From assembly GCF_009914755.1 (NCBI RefSeq), contig NC_060928.1: a DNA stretch of 64,000 nt. One strand, written 5' to 3'. Under the pieces are notes generated by a model. That model searched no databases. It was not told the origin of the DNA and saw nothing but the letters and a program-made list of their open reading frames with translations. The DNA comes from the human T2T-CHM13v2.0 reference genome, Homo sapiens. A program made the translations under genes and the position numbers. Below are positions 48,685-61,612 of this stretch, piece by piece; the stretch's first letter is position 1; the number at the start of each line of letters is the position of its first letter.

Positions 48685-51600
48685 CATTCTCCGAAACTTC
48701 TCTGTGATGTTTGCATTCCACTCATAGAGTTGAAAACTTCCTTTCATAGAGCAGGTTTGAAACACTCTTTTTGTAATATTTGGAAGTGGACATTTGCAGC
48801 GCTTTGAGGCCTATGGTGAAAAAGGAAATATCTTCTCATAAAAACCAGAAACAAGCATTCTCAGAAACTTCTTTTTGATGTGTGTACTCAAGTAACAGAG
48901 TTGAACCTTCCTTTTGACACAGCAGTTTTGAAACAATCTTTTTGTAGAATCTGCAAGTGGATATTTGGATAGCTTTGAGGATTTCGTTGGAAACGGGATA
49001 TCTTCATATAAAATCTAGACAGAAGCATTCTCAGAAACTTCTTTGTGCTGTATGTCCTCAATTAACAGAGTTGAACCATTGCTTGGATACAGCATTTTGG
49101 AAACATTCCTTTAGTAGAATCTGCAAGTTGATATTTAGATAGATTTGAAGATTTCGTTGGAAAAGGGAATATCTCCATAGAAAATCTAGAGGGAAGCATT
49201 CTCAGAAACTGCTTTGTGATGTTTCCATTCAAGTCACAGAGTTGAATATTCCCTTTTATAGAGCACGTTTGAAACACTCTTTCTGCACTATCTGGAAGTG
49301 GACATTTCGAGCGCTTTGAGGCCTATGGTGAAAAAGGAAATATCTTCCCATAAAAACTAGACAGAAGCATTCTCAGAAACTTGTTTGTGATGTGTGTATT
49401 CAACTAACAGAGTTGAACGTTTGTTTTTACAGAGCCGTTTTAAAACACTCTTTTTGTGGAATCAGAAAGTGGATATTCGGATGGCTCCGAGGATTTCGTT
49501 GGAAGCGGGATTACATATAAAATCTAGAGAGAAGCATTCTCAGGAACTTCTTTGTGATGTTTGCATTGAAGTCACAGAATTGAACATTCACTTTGATAGA
49601 GCAGGTTTGAAACACTCATTCTGTAGTATCTGGAAGTGGACATTTCAAGCGCTTTCAGGCCTATGGTGAGAAAGGAAATATCTTCGAATAAAAACTAGAC
49701 AGAAGCATCCTCAGAAACTTATTTGTGATGTGTGTCCTCAACTAACAGAGTTGAAACTTTGTTTTGATACAGCATTTTGGAAACACTCTTTTTGTAGAAT
49801 CTGCAGGTGGATATTTGGATAGCTTAGAGGGATTCGTTGGAAAGGGGATATCTTCATATAAAATCTAGACAGAAGCATTCTCAGAAACTTATTTGTGATG
49901 TGTGTCCTCAACTAACAGAGTTGAACCTTGGTTTTGATACAGCATTTTGGAAACACTCCTTTTGTAGAATCTGCAGGTGGATATGTGGATAGCTCTGAAG
50001 ATTTCGTTGGAAACGGGAATTTCTTCATATAAAATCAAACAGAAGCATTCTCAGAAACTTCTCAGTGATGTTTGCATTCAGCTCATGGAGTTGAACACTT
50101 CCTTTCATAGAGCCGGTTTGAAACACTCTTTCTGCACTACCTGGAAGAGGACATTTCGAGCGCTTTGAGTCCTATGGTGAAAAAGGAAATATCTTCTCAT
50201 AAAAACCAGAAAGAAGCATTCTCAGAAACTTCTTTGTGTTGTGTGTACTCATGTAACAGTGTTGAACCATCCTTTTGACAGAGCAGTTTTGAAACACTCT
50301 TTTTGTAGAATCTGCAAGTGGATATTTGGATAGCTTTGAGGATTTCGTTGGAAACGGGATGACATATAATATCTAGAGAGAAGCATTCTCAGGAACTTCT
50401 TTGTGATGTTTGCATTCAAGTGACAGAATTGAACATTCCCTTTCATAGAGCAGGTTTGAAACACTCTTTCTCTAGTATCTGGAAGTGGGCATTTCAAGCG
50501 CTTTCAGGCCTATGGAGAGAAAGGGAATACCTTCAAATAAAAACTAGACAGAAGCATTCTCAGAAACTTATTTGTGATGTGTGTCCTCAACTAACAGAGT
50601 TGAACCTTCGTTTTGATACAGCATTTTGGAAACACTCCTTTTGTAGAATCTGCAGGTGGATATTTGGATAGCTTTGAAGATTTCGTTGGAAACCGGAATA
50701 TCTTCATATAAAATCAAGACAGAAGCATTCTCGGAAACAGCTCTGTGATGTTTGCATTCAACTCAGTAGAGTTGAACACTTCCTTTCATAGAGCAGGTTT
50801 GAAACACTCTTTCTGCACTACCTGGAAGCGGACATTTCGAGCGCTTTGAGGCCTATGGTGAAAAAGGAAATATCTTCTCATAAAAACCAGAAAGAAGCAT
50901 TCTCAGAAACTTCTTTGTGTTGTGTGTACTCAAGTAACAGTGTTGAACCTTCCTTTTGACAGAGCAGTTTTGAAACACTCTTTTGGTAGAATCTGCAAGT
51001 GGATATTTGGATAGCTTTGAGGATTTCGTTGGAAACGGGTTATCTTCATATAAAATCCAGACAGGAGCATTCTCAGAAACTTCTTTGTGCTGTATGTCCT
51101 CAATTCACAGAGCTGAACCTTTGTTTGGATACAGCATTTTGGAGACATTCCTTTAGTAGAATCTGCAAGTTGATATTTAGATAGCTTTGAAGATTTCGTT
51201 GGAAACGGGAATATCTTCATAGAAAATCTAGACGGAAGCATTCTCAGAAACTGCTTTGTGATGTTTGCATTCAACTCACAGAGTTGAATATTCCCTTTTA
51301 TAGAGTAGGTTTGAAACACTCTTTCGGCACTACCTGGAAGTGGATATTTCGAGCTCTTTGAGGCCTATGGTTAAAAGGAAATATCTTCCCATAAAAACTA
51401 GACAGAAGCCGTCTCAGAAACTTGTTTGTGATGTGTGTATTCAACTAACAGAGTTGAACATTTCTGTTACAGAGCAATTTTAAAACACTCTTTTTGTGGA
51501 ATCTGAAAGTGGATAATTGGATAGCTTTGTGGATTTCGTTGGAAACGGGATGACGTATAAAATCTAGAGAGAAGCATTCTCAGGAACTTCTTTCTGATGT

Positions 51601-51916
51601 TTGCATTCAAGTCACAGAATTGAACATTCCTTTTCATAGTGCAGGTTTGAAACACTCTTTCTGTAGTATCTGGAAGTGGACATTTCAAGCGCTTTCAGGC
51701 CTACAGGGAGAAAGGAAATATCTTCAAATAAAAACTAGACAGAAGGATTCTCAGAAACTTATTTGTGATGTGTGTCCTAAACGAACACAGTTGAACCTTT
51801 GTTTTGATACAGCATTTTGGAAACACTCCTTTTGTAGGATCTGCAGGTGGATATTTGGATAGATTTTAAGATTTCGTTGGAAACGGGAATTTCTTCATAG
51901 AAACTCAAGACAGATG
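48685..51916 (+). repeat. HOR copy 16 (19-mer)
   Basis: 3232-bp periodicity. Confidence 0.93.
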
Positions 51917-54900
51917 CATTCTCAGAAACTTCTCTGTGATGTTTGCATTCCACTCATAGAGTTGAAAACTTCCTTTCATAGAGCAGGTTTGAAACACTCT
52001 TTTTGTAATATTTGGAAGTGGACATTTGCAGCGCTTTGAGGCCTATGGTGAAAAAGGAAATATCTTCTCATAAAAACCAGAAACAAGCATTCTCAGAAAC
52101 TTCTTTTTGATGTGTGTACTCAAGTAACAGAGTTGAACCTTCCTTTTGACACAGCAGTTTTGAAACAATCTTTTTGTAGAATCTGCAAGTGGATATTTGG
52201 ATAGCTTTGAGGATTTCGTTGGAAACGGGATATCTTCATATAAAATCTAGACAGAAGCATTCTCAGAAACTTCTTTGTGCTGTATGTCCTCAATTAACAG
52301 AGTTGAACCATTGCTTGGATACAGCATTTTGGAAACATTCCTTTAGTAGAATCTGCAAGTTGATATTTAGATAGATTTGAAGATTTCGTTGGAAAAGGGA
52401 ATATCTCCATAGAAAATCTAGAGGGAAGCATTCTCAGAAACTGCTTTGTGATGTTTCCATTCAAGTCACAGAGTTGAATATTCCCTTTTATAGAGCACGT
52501 TTGAAACACTCTTTCTGCACTATCTGGAAGTGGACATTTCGAGCGCTTTGAGGCCTATGGTGAAAAAGGAAATATCTTCCCATAAAAACTAGACAGAAGC
52601 ATTCTCAGAAACTTGTTTGTGATGTGTGTATTCAACTAACAGAGTTGAACGTTTGTTTTTACAGAGCCGTTTTAAAACACTCTTTTTGTGGAATCAGAAA
52701 GTGGATATTCGGATGGCTCCGAGGATTTCGTTGGAAGCGGGATTACATATAAAATCTAGAGAGAAGCATTCTCAGGAACTTCTTTGTGATGTTTGCATTG
52801 AAGTCACAGAATTGAACATTCACTTTGATAGAGCAGGTTTGAAACACTCATTCTGTAGTATCTGGAAGTGGACATTTCAAGCGCTTTCAGGCCTATGGTG
52901 AGAAAGGAAATATCTTCGAATAAAAACTAGACAGAAGCATCCTCAGAAACTTATTTGTGATGTGTGTCCTCAACTAACAGAGTTGAAACTTTGTTTTGAT
53001 ACAGCATTTTGGAAACACTCTTTTTGTAGAATCTGCAGGTGGATATTTGGATAGCTTAGAGGGATTCGTTGGAAAGGGGATATCTTCATATAAAATCTAG
53101 ACAGAAGCATTCTCAGAAACTTATTTGTGATGTGTGTCCTCAACTAACAGAGTTGAACCTTGGTTTTGATACAGCATTTTGGAAACACTCCTTTTGTAGA
53201 ATCTGCAGGTGGATATGTGGATAGCTCTGAAGATTTCGTTGGAAACGGGAATTTCTTCATATAAAATCAAACAGAAGCATTCTCAGAAACTTCTCAGTGA
53301 TGTTTGCATTCAGCTCATGGAGTTGAACACTTCCTTTCATAGAGCCGGTTTGAAACACTCTTTCTGCACTACCTGGAAGAGGACATTTCGAGCGCTTTGA
53401 GTCCTATGGTGAAAAAGGAAATATCTTCTCATAAAAAACAGAAAGAAGCATTCTCAGAAACTTCTTTGTGTTGTGTGTACTCATGTAACAGTGTTGAACC
53501 ATCCTTTTGACAGAGCAGTTTTGAAACACTCTTTTTGTAGAATCTGCAAGTGGATATTTGGATAGCTTTGAGGATTTCGTTGGAAACGGGATGACATATA
53601 ATATCTAGAGAGAAGCATTCTCAGGAACTTCTTTGTGATGTTTGCATTCAAGTCACAGAATTGAACATTCCCTTTCATAGAGCAGGTTTGAAACACTCTT
53701 TCTCTAGTATCTGGAAGTGGGCATTTCAAGCGCTTTCAGGCCTATGGAGAGAAAGGAAATACCTTCAAATAAAAACTAGACAGAAGCATTCTCAGAAACT
53801 TATTTGTGATGTGTGTCCTCAACTAACAGAGTTGAACCTTCGTTTTGATACAGCATTTTGGAAACACTCCTTTTGTAGAATCTGCAGGTGGATATTTGGA
53901 TAGCTTTGAAGATTTCGTTGGAAACCGGAATATCTTCATATAAAATCAAGACAGAAGCATTCTCGGAAACAGCTCTGTGATGTTTGCATTCAACTCAGTA
54001 GAGTTGAACACTTCCTTTCATAGAGCAGGTTTGAAACACTCTTTCTGCACTACCTGGAAGCGGACATTTCGAGCGCTTTGAGGCCTATGGTGAAAAAGGA
54101 AATATCTTCTCATAAAAACCAGAAAGAAGCATTCTCAGAAACTTCTTTGTGTTGTGTGTACTCAAGTAACAGTGTTGAACCTTCCTTTTGACAGAGCAGT
54201 TTTGAAACACTCTTTTGGTAGAATCTGCAAGTGGATATTTGGATAGCTTTGAGGATTTCGTTGGAAACGGGTTATCTTCATATAAAATCCAGACAGGAGC
54301 ATTCTCAGAAACTTCTTTGTGCTGTATGTCCTCAATTCACAGAGCTGAACCTTTGTTTGGATACAGCATTTTGGAGACATTCCTTTAGTAGAATCTGCAA
54401 GTTGATATTTAGATAGCTTTGAAGATTTCGTTGGAAACGGGAATATCTTCATAGAAAATCTAGACGGAAGCATTCTCAGAAACTGCTTTGTGATGTTTGC
54501 ATTCAAGTCACAGAGTTGAATATTCCCTTTTATAGAGTAGGTTTGAAACACTCTTTCGGCACTACCTGGAAGTGGATATTTCGAGCTCTTTGAGGCCTAT
54601 GGTTAAAAGGAAATATCTTCCCATAAAAACTAGACAGAAGCCGTCTCAGAAACTTGTTTGTGATGTGTGTATTCAACTAACAGAGTTGAACATTTCTGTT
54701 ACAGAGCAATTTTAAAACACTCTTTTTGTGGAATCTGAAAGTGGATAATTGGATAGCTTTGTGGATTTCGTTGGAAACGGGATGACGTATAAAATCTAGA
54801 GAGAAGCATTCTCAGGAACTTCTTTCTGATGTTTGCATTCAAGTCACAGAATTGAACATTCCTTTTCATAGTGCAGGTTTGAAACACTCTTTCTGTAGTA

Positions 54901-55148
54901 TCTGGAAGTGGACATTTCAAGCGCTTTCAGGCCTACAGGGAGAAAGGAAATATCTTCAAATAAAAACTAGACAGAAGGATTCTCAGAAACTTATTTGTGA
55001 TGTGTGTCCTAAACGAACACAGTTGAACCTTTGTTTTGATACAGCATTTTGGAAACACTCCTTTTGTAGGATCTGCAGGTGGATATTTGGATAGATTTTA
55101 AGATTTCGTTGGAAACGCGAATTTCTTCATAGAAACTCAAGACAGATG
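51917..55148 (+). repeat. HOR copy 17 (19-mer)
   Basis: 3232-bp periodicity. Confidence 0.93.
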
Positions 55149-58100
55149 CATTCTCCGAAACTTCTCTGTGATGTTTGCATTCCACTCATAGAGTTGAAAA
55201 CTTCCTTTCATAGAGCAGGTTTGAAACACTCTTTTTGTAATATTTGGAAGTGGACATTTGCAGCGCTTTGAGGCCTATGGTGAAAAAGGAAATATCTTCT
55301 CATAAAAACCAGAAACAAGCATTCTCAGAAACTTCTTTTTGATGTGTGTACTCAAGTAACAGAGTTGAACCTTCCTTTTGACACAGCAGTTTTGAAACAA
55401 TCTTTTTGTAGAATCTGCAAGTGGATATTTGGATAGCTTTGAGGATTTCGTTGGAAACGGGATATCTTCATATAAAATCTAGACAGAAGCATTCTCAGAA
55501 ACTTCTTTGTGCTGTATGTCCTCAATTAACAGAGTTGAACCATTGCTTGGATACAGCATTTTGGAAACATTCCTTTAGTAGAATCTGCAAGTTGATATTT
55601 AGATAGATTTGAAGATTTCGTTGGAAAAGGGAATATCTCCATAGAAAATCTAGAGGGAAGCATTCTCAGAAACTGCTTTGTGATGTTTCCATTCAAGTCA
55701 CAGAGTTGAATATTCCCTTTTATAGAGCACGTTTGAAACACTCTTTCTGCACTATCTGGAAGTGGACATTTCGAGCGCTTTGAGGCCTATGGTGAAAAAG
55801 GAAATATCTTCCCACAAAAACTAGACAGAAGCATTCTCAGAAACTTGTTTGTGATGTGTGTATTCAACTAACGGAGTTGAACTTTTGTTTTTACAGAGCC
55901 GTTTTAAAACACTCTTTTTGTGGAATCAGAAAGTGGATATTCGGATGGCTCTGAGGATTTCGTTGGAAGCGGGATTACATATAAAATCTAGAGAGAAGCA
56001 TTCTCAGGAACTTCTTTGTGATGTTTGCATTGAAGTCACAGAATTGAACATTCACTTTGATAGAGCAGGTTTGAAACACTCATTCTGTAGTATCTGGAAG
56101 TGGACATTTCAAGCGCTTTCAGGCCTATGGTGAGAAAGGAAATATCTTCGAATAAAAACTAGACAGAAGCATCCTCAGAAACTTATTTGTGATGTGTGTC
56201 CTCAACTAACAGAGTTGAAACTTTGTTTTGATACAGCATTTTGGAAACACTCTTTTTGTAGAATCTGCAGGTGGATATTTGGATAGCTTAGAGGGATTCG
56301 TTGGAAAGGGGATATCTTCATATAAAATCTAGACAGAAGCATTCTCAGAAACTTATTTGTGATGTGTGTCCTCAACTAACAGAGTTGAACCTTGGTTTCG
56401 ATACAGCATTTTGGAAACACTCCTTTTGTAGAATCTGCAGGTGGATATGTGGATAGCTCTGAAGATTTCGTTGGAAACGGGAATTTCTTCATATAAAATC
56501 AAACAGAAGCATTCTCAGAAACTTCTCAGTGATGTTTGCATTCAGCTCATGGAGTTGAACACTTCCTTTCATAGAGCCGGTTTGAAACACTCTTTCTGCA
56601 CTACCTGGAAGAGGACATTTCGAGCGCTTTGAGTCCTATGGTGAAAAAGGAAATATCTTCTCAAAAAAACCAGAAAGAAGCATTCTCAGAAACTTCTTTG
56701 TGTTGTGTGTACTCATGTAACAGTGTTGAACCATCCTTTTGACAGAGCAGTTTTGAAACACTCTTTTTGTAGAATCTGCAAGTGGGTATTTGGATAGCTT
56801 TGAGGATTTCGTTGGAAACGGGATGACATATAATATCTAGAGAGAAGCATTCTCAGGAACTTCTTTGTGATGTTTGCATTCAAGTCACAGAATTGAACAT
56901 TCCCTTTCATAGAGCAGGTTTGAAACACTCTTTCTCTAGTATCTGGAAGTGGGCATTTCAAGCGCTTTCAGGCCTATGGAGAGAAAGGGAATACCTTCAA
57001 ATAAAAACTAGACAGAAGCATTCTCAGAAACTTATTTGTGATGTGTGTCCTCAACTAACAGAGTTGAACCTTTGTTTTGATACAGCATTTTGGAAACACT
57101 CCTTTTGTAGAATCTGCAGGTGGATATTTGGATAGCTTTGAAGATTTCGTTGGAAACCGGAATATCTTCATATAAAATCAAGACAGAAGCATTCTCGGAA
57201 ACAGCTCTGTGATGTTTGCATTCAACTCAGTAGAGTTGAACACTTCCTTTCATAGAGCAGGTTTGAAACACTCTTTCTGCACTACCTGGAAGCGGACATT
57301 TCGAGCGCTTTGAGGCCTATGGTGAAAAAGGAAATATCTTCTCATAAAAACCAGAAAGAAGCATTCTCAGAAACTTCTTTGTGTTGTGTGTACTCAAGTA
57401 ACAGTGTTGAACCTTCCTTTTGACACAGCAGTTTTGAAACACTCTTTTGGTAGAATCTGCAAGTGGATATTTGGATAGCTTTGAGGATTTCGTTGGAAAC
57501 GGGTTATCTTCATATAAAATCCAGACAGGAGCATTCTCAGAAACTTCTTTGTGCTGTATGTCCTCAATTCACAGAGCTGAACCTTTGTTTGGATACAGCA
57601 TTTGGGAGACATTCCTTTAGTAGAATCTGCAAGTTGATATTTAGATAGCTTTGAAGATTTCGTTGGAAACGGGAATATCTTCATAGAAAATCTAGAGGGA
57701 AGCATTCTCAGAAACTGCTTTGTGATGTTTGCATTCAAGTCACAGAGTTGAATATTCCCTTTTATAGAGTAGGTTTGAAACACTCTTTCGGCACTACCTG
57801 GAAGTGGATATTTCGAGCTCTTTGAGGCCTATGGTTAAAAGGAAATATCTTCCCATAAAAACTAGACAGAAGCCGTCTCAGAAACTTGTTTGTGATGTGT
57901 GTATTCAACTAACAGAGTTGAACATTTCTGTTACAGAGCAATTTTAAAACACTCTTTTTGTGGAATCTGAAAGTGGATAATTGGATAGCTTTGTGGATTT
58001 CGTTGGAAACGGGATGACGTATAAAATCTAGAGAGAAGCATTCTCAGGAACTTCTTTCTGATGTTTGCATTCAAGTCACAGAATTGAACATTCCTTTTCA

Positions 58101-58380
58101 TAGTGCAGGTTTGAAACACTCTTTCTGTAGTATCTGGAAGTGGACATTTCAAGCGCTTTCAGACCTACGGGGAGAAAGGAAATATCTTCAAATAAAAACT
58201 AGACAGAAGGATTCTCAGAAACTTATTTGTGATGTGTGTCCTAAACGAACACAGTTGAACCTTTGTTTTGATACAGCATTTTGGAAACACTCCTTTTGTA
58301 GGATCTGCAGGTGGATATTTGGATAGATTTTAAGATTTCGTTGGAAACGGGAGTTTCTTCATAGAAACTCAAGACAGATG
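55149..58380 (+). repeat. HOR copy 18 (19-mer)
   Basis: 3232-bp periodicity. Confidence 0.93.
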
Positions 58381-61300
58381 CATTCTCAGAAACATCTCTG
58401 TGATGTTTGCATTCCACTCATAGAGTTGAAAACTTCCTTTCATAGAGCAGGTTTGAAACACTCTTTTTGTAATATTTGGATGTGGACATTTGCAGCGCTT
58501 TGAGGCCTATGGTGAAAAAGGAAATATCTTCTCATAAAAACCAGAAACAAGCATTCTCAGAAACTTCTTTTTGATGTGTGTACTCAAGTAACAGAGTTGA
58601 ACCTTCCTTTTGACACAGCAGTTTTGAAACAATCTTTTTGTAGAATCTGCAAGTGGATATTTGGATAGCTTTGAGGATTTCGTTGGAAACGGGATATCTT
58701 CATATAAAATCTAGACAGAAGCATTCTCAGAAACTTCTTTGTGCTGTATGTCCTCAATTAACAGAGTTGAACCATTGCTTGGATACAGCATTTTGGAAAC
58801 ATTCCTTGAGTAGAATCTGCAAGTTGATATTTAGATAGATTTGAAGATTTCGTTGGAAAAGGGAATATCTCCATAGAAAATCTAGAGGGAAGCATTCTCA
58901 GAAACTGCTTTGTGATGTTTCCATTCAAGTCACAGAGTTGAATATTCCCTTTTATAGAGCACGTTTGAAACACTCTTTCTGCACTATCTGGAAGTGGACA
59001 TTTCGAGCGCTTTGAGGCCTATGGTGAAAAAGGAAATATCTTCCCACAAAAACTAGACAGAAGCATTCTCAGAAACTTGTTTGTGATGTGTGTATTCAAC
59101 TAACAGAGTTGAACTTTTGTTTTTACAGAGCCGTTTTAAAACACTCTTTTTGTGGAATCAGAAAGTGGATATTCGGATGGCTCTGAGGATTTCGTTGGAA
59201 GCGGGATTACATATAAAATCTAGAGAGAAGCATTCTCAGGAACTTCTTTGTGATGTTTGCATTGAAGTCACAGAATTGAACATTCACTTTGATAGAGCAG
59301 GTTTGAAACACTCATTCTGTAGTATCTGGAAGTGGACATTTCAAGCGCTTTCAGGCCTATGGTGAGAAAGGAAATATCTTCGAATGAAAACTAGACAGAA
59401 GCATCCTCAGAAACTTATTTGTGATGTGTGTCCTCAACTAACAGAGTTGAAACATTGTTTTGATACAGCATTTTGGAAACAGTCTTTTTGTAGAATCTGC
59501 AGGTGGATATTTGGATAGCTTAGAGGGATTCGTTGGAAAGGGGATATCTTCATATAAAATCTAGACAGAAGCATTCTCAGAAACTTATTTGTGATGTGTG
59601 TCCTCAACTAACAGAGTTGAACCTTGGTTTTGATACAGCATTTTGGAAACACTCCTTTTGTAGAATCTGCAGGTGGATATGTGGATAGCTCTGAAGATTT
59701 CGTTGGAAACGGGAATTTCTTCATATAAAATCAAACAGAAGCATTCTCAGAAACTTCTCAGTGATGTTTGCATTCAGCTCATGGAGTTGAACACTTCCTT
59801 TCATAGAGCCGGTTTGAAACACTCTTTCTGCACTACCTGGAAGAGGACATTTCGAGCGCTTTGAGTCCTATGGTGAAAAAGGAAATATCTTCTCATAAAA
59901 ACCAGAAAGAAGCATTCTCAGAAACTTCTTTGTGTTGTGTGTACTCATGTAACAGTGTTGAACCATCCTTTTGACAGAGCAGTTTTGAAACACTCTTTTT
60001 GTAGAATCTGCAAGTGGATATTTGGATAGCTTTGAGGATTTCGTTGGAAACGGGATGACATATAATATCTAGAGAGAAGCATTCTCAGGAACTTCTTTGT
60101 GATGTTTGCATTCAAGTCACAGAATTGAACATTCCCTTTCATAGAGCAGGTTTGAAACACTCTTTCTCTAGTATCTGGAAGTGGGCATTTCAAGCGCTTT
60201 CAGGCCTATGGAGAGAAAGGAAATACCTTCAAATAAAAACTAGACAGAAGCATTCTCAGAAACTTATTTGTGATGTGTGTCCTCAACTAACAGAGTTGAA
60301 CCTTTGTTTTGATACAGCATTTTGGAAACACTCCTTTTGTAGAATCTGCAGGTGGATATTTGGATAGCTTTGAAGATTTCGTTGGAAACCGGAATATCTT
60401 CATATAAAATCAAGACAGAAGCATTCTCGGAAACATCTCTGTGATGTTTGCATTCAACTCAGTAGAGTTGAACACTTCCTTTCATAGAGCAGGTTTGAAA
60501 CACTCTTTCTGCACTACCTGGAAGCGGACATTTCGAGCGCTTTGAGGCCTATGGTGAAAAAGGAAATATCTTCTCATAAAAACCAGAAAGAAGCATTCTC
60601 AGAAACTTCTTTGTGTTGTGTGTACTCAAGTAACAGTGTTGAACCTTCCTTTTGACACAGCAGTTTTGAAACACTCTTTTGGTAGAATCTGCAAGTGGAT
60701 ATTTGGATAGCTTTGAGGATTTCGTTGGAAACGGGTTATCTTCATATAAAATCCAGACAGGAGCATTCTCAGAAACTTCTTTGTGCTGCATGTCCTCAAT
60801 TCACAGAGCTGAACCTTTGTTTGGATACAGCATTTTGGAGACATTCCTTTAGTAGAATCTGCAAGTTGATATTTAGATAGCTTTGAAGATTTCGTTGGAA
60901 ACGGGAATATCTTCATAGAAAATCTAGACGGAAGCATTCTCAGAAACTGCTTTGTGATGTTTGCATTCAAGTCACAGAGTTGAATATTCCCTTTTATAGA
61001 GTAGGTTTGAAACTCTCTTTCGGCACTACCTGGAAGTGGATATTTCGAGCTCTTTGAGGCCTATGGTTAAAAGGAAATATCTTCCCATAAAAACTAGACA
61101 GAAGCCGTCTCAGAAACTTGTTTGTGATGTGTGTATTCAACTACCAGAGTTGAACATTTCTGTTACAGAGCAATTTTAAAACACTCTTTTTGTGGAATCT
61201 GAAAGTGGATAATTGGATAGCTTTGTGGATTTCGTTGGAAACGGGATGACGTATAAAATCTAGAGAGAAGCATTCTCAGGAACTTCTTTCTGATGTTTGC

Positions 61301-61612
61301 ATTCAAGTCACAGAATTGAACATTCCTTTTCATAGTGCAGGTTTGAAACACTCTTTCTGTAGTATCTGGAAGTGGACATTTCAAGCGCTTTCAGGCCTAC
61401 GGGGAGAAAGGAAATATCTTCAAATAAAAACTAGACAGAAGGATTCTCAGAAACTTATTTGTGATGTGTGTCCTAAACGAACACAGTTGAACCTTTGTTT
61501 TGATACAGCATTTTGGAAACACTCCTTTTGTAGGATCTGCAGGTGGATATTTGGATAGATTTTAAGATTTCGTTGGAAACGGGAATTTCTTCATAGAAAC
61601 TCAAGACAGATG
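58381..61612 (+). repeat. HOR copy 19 (19-mer)
   Basis: 3232-bp periodicity. Confidence 0.93.
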
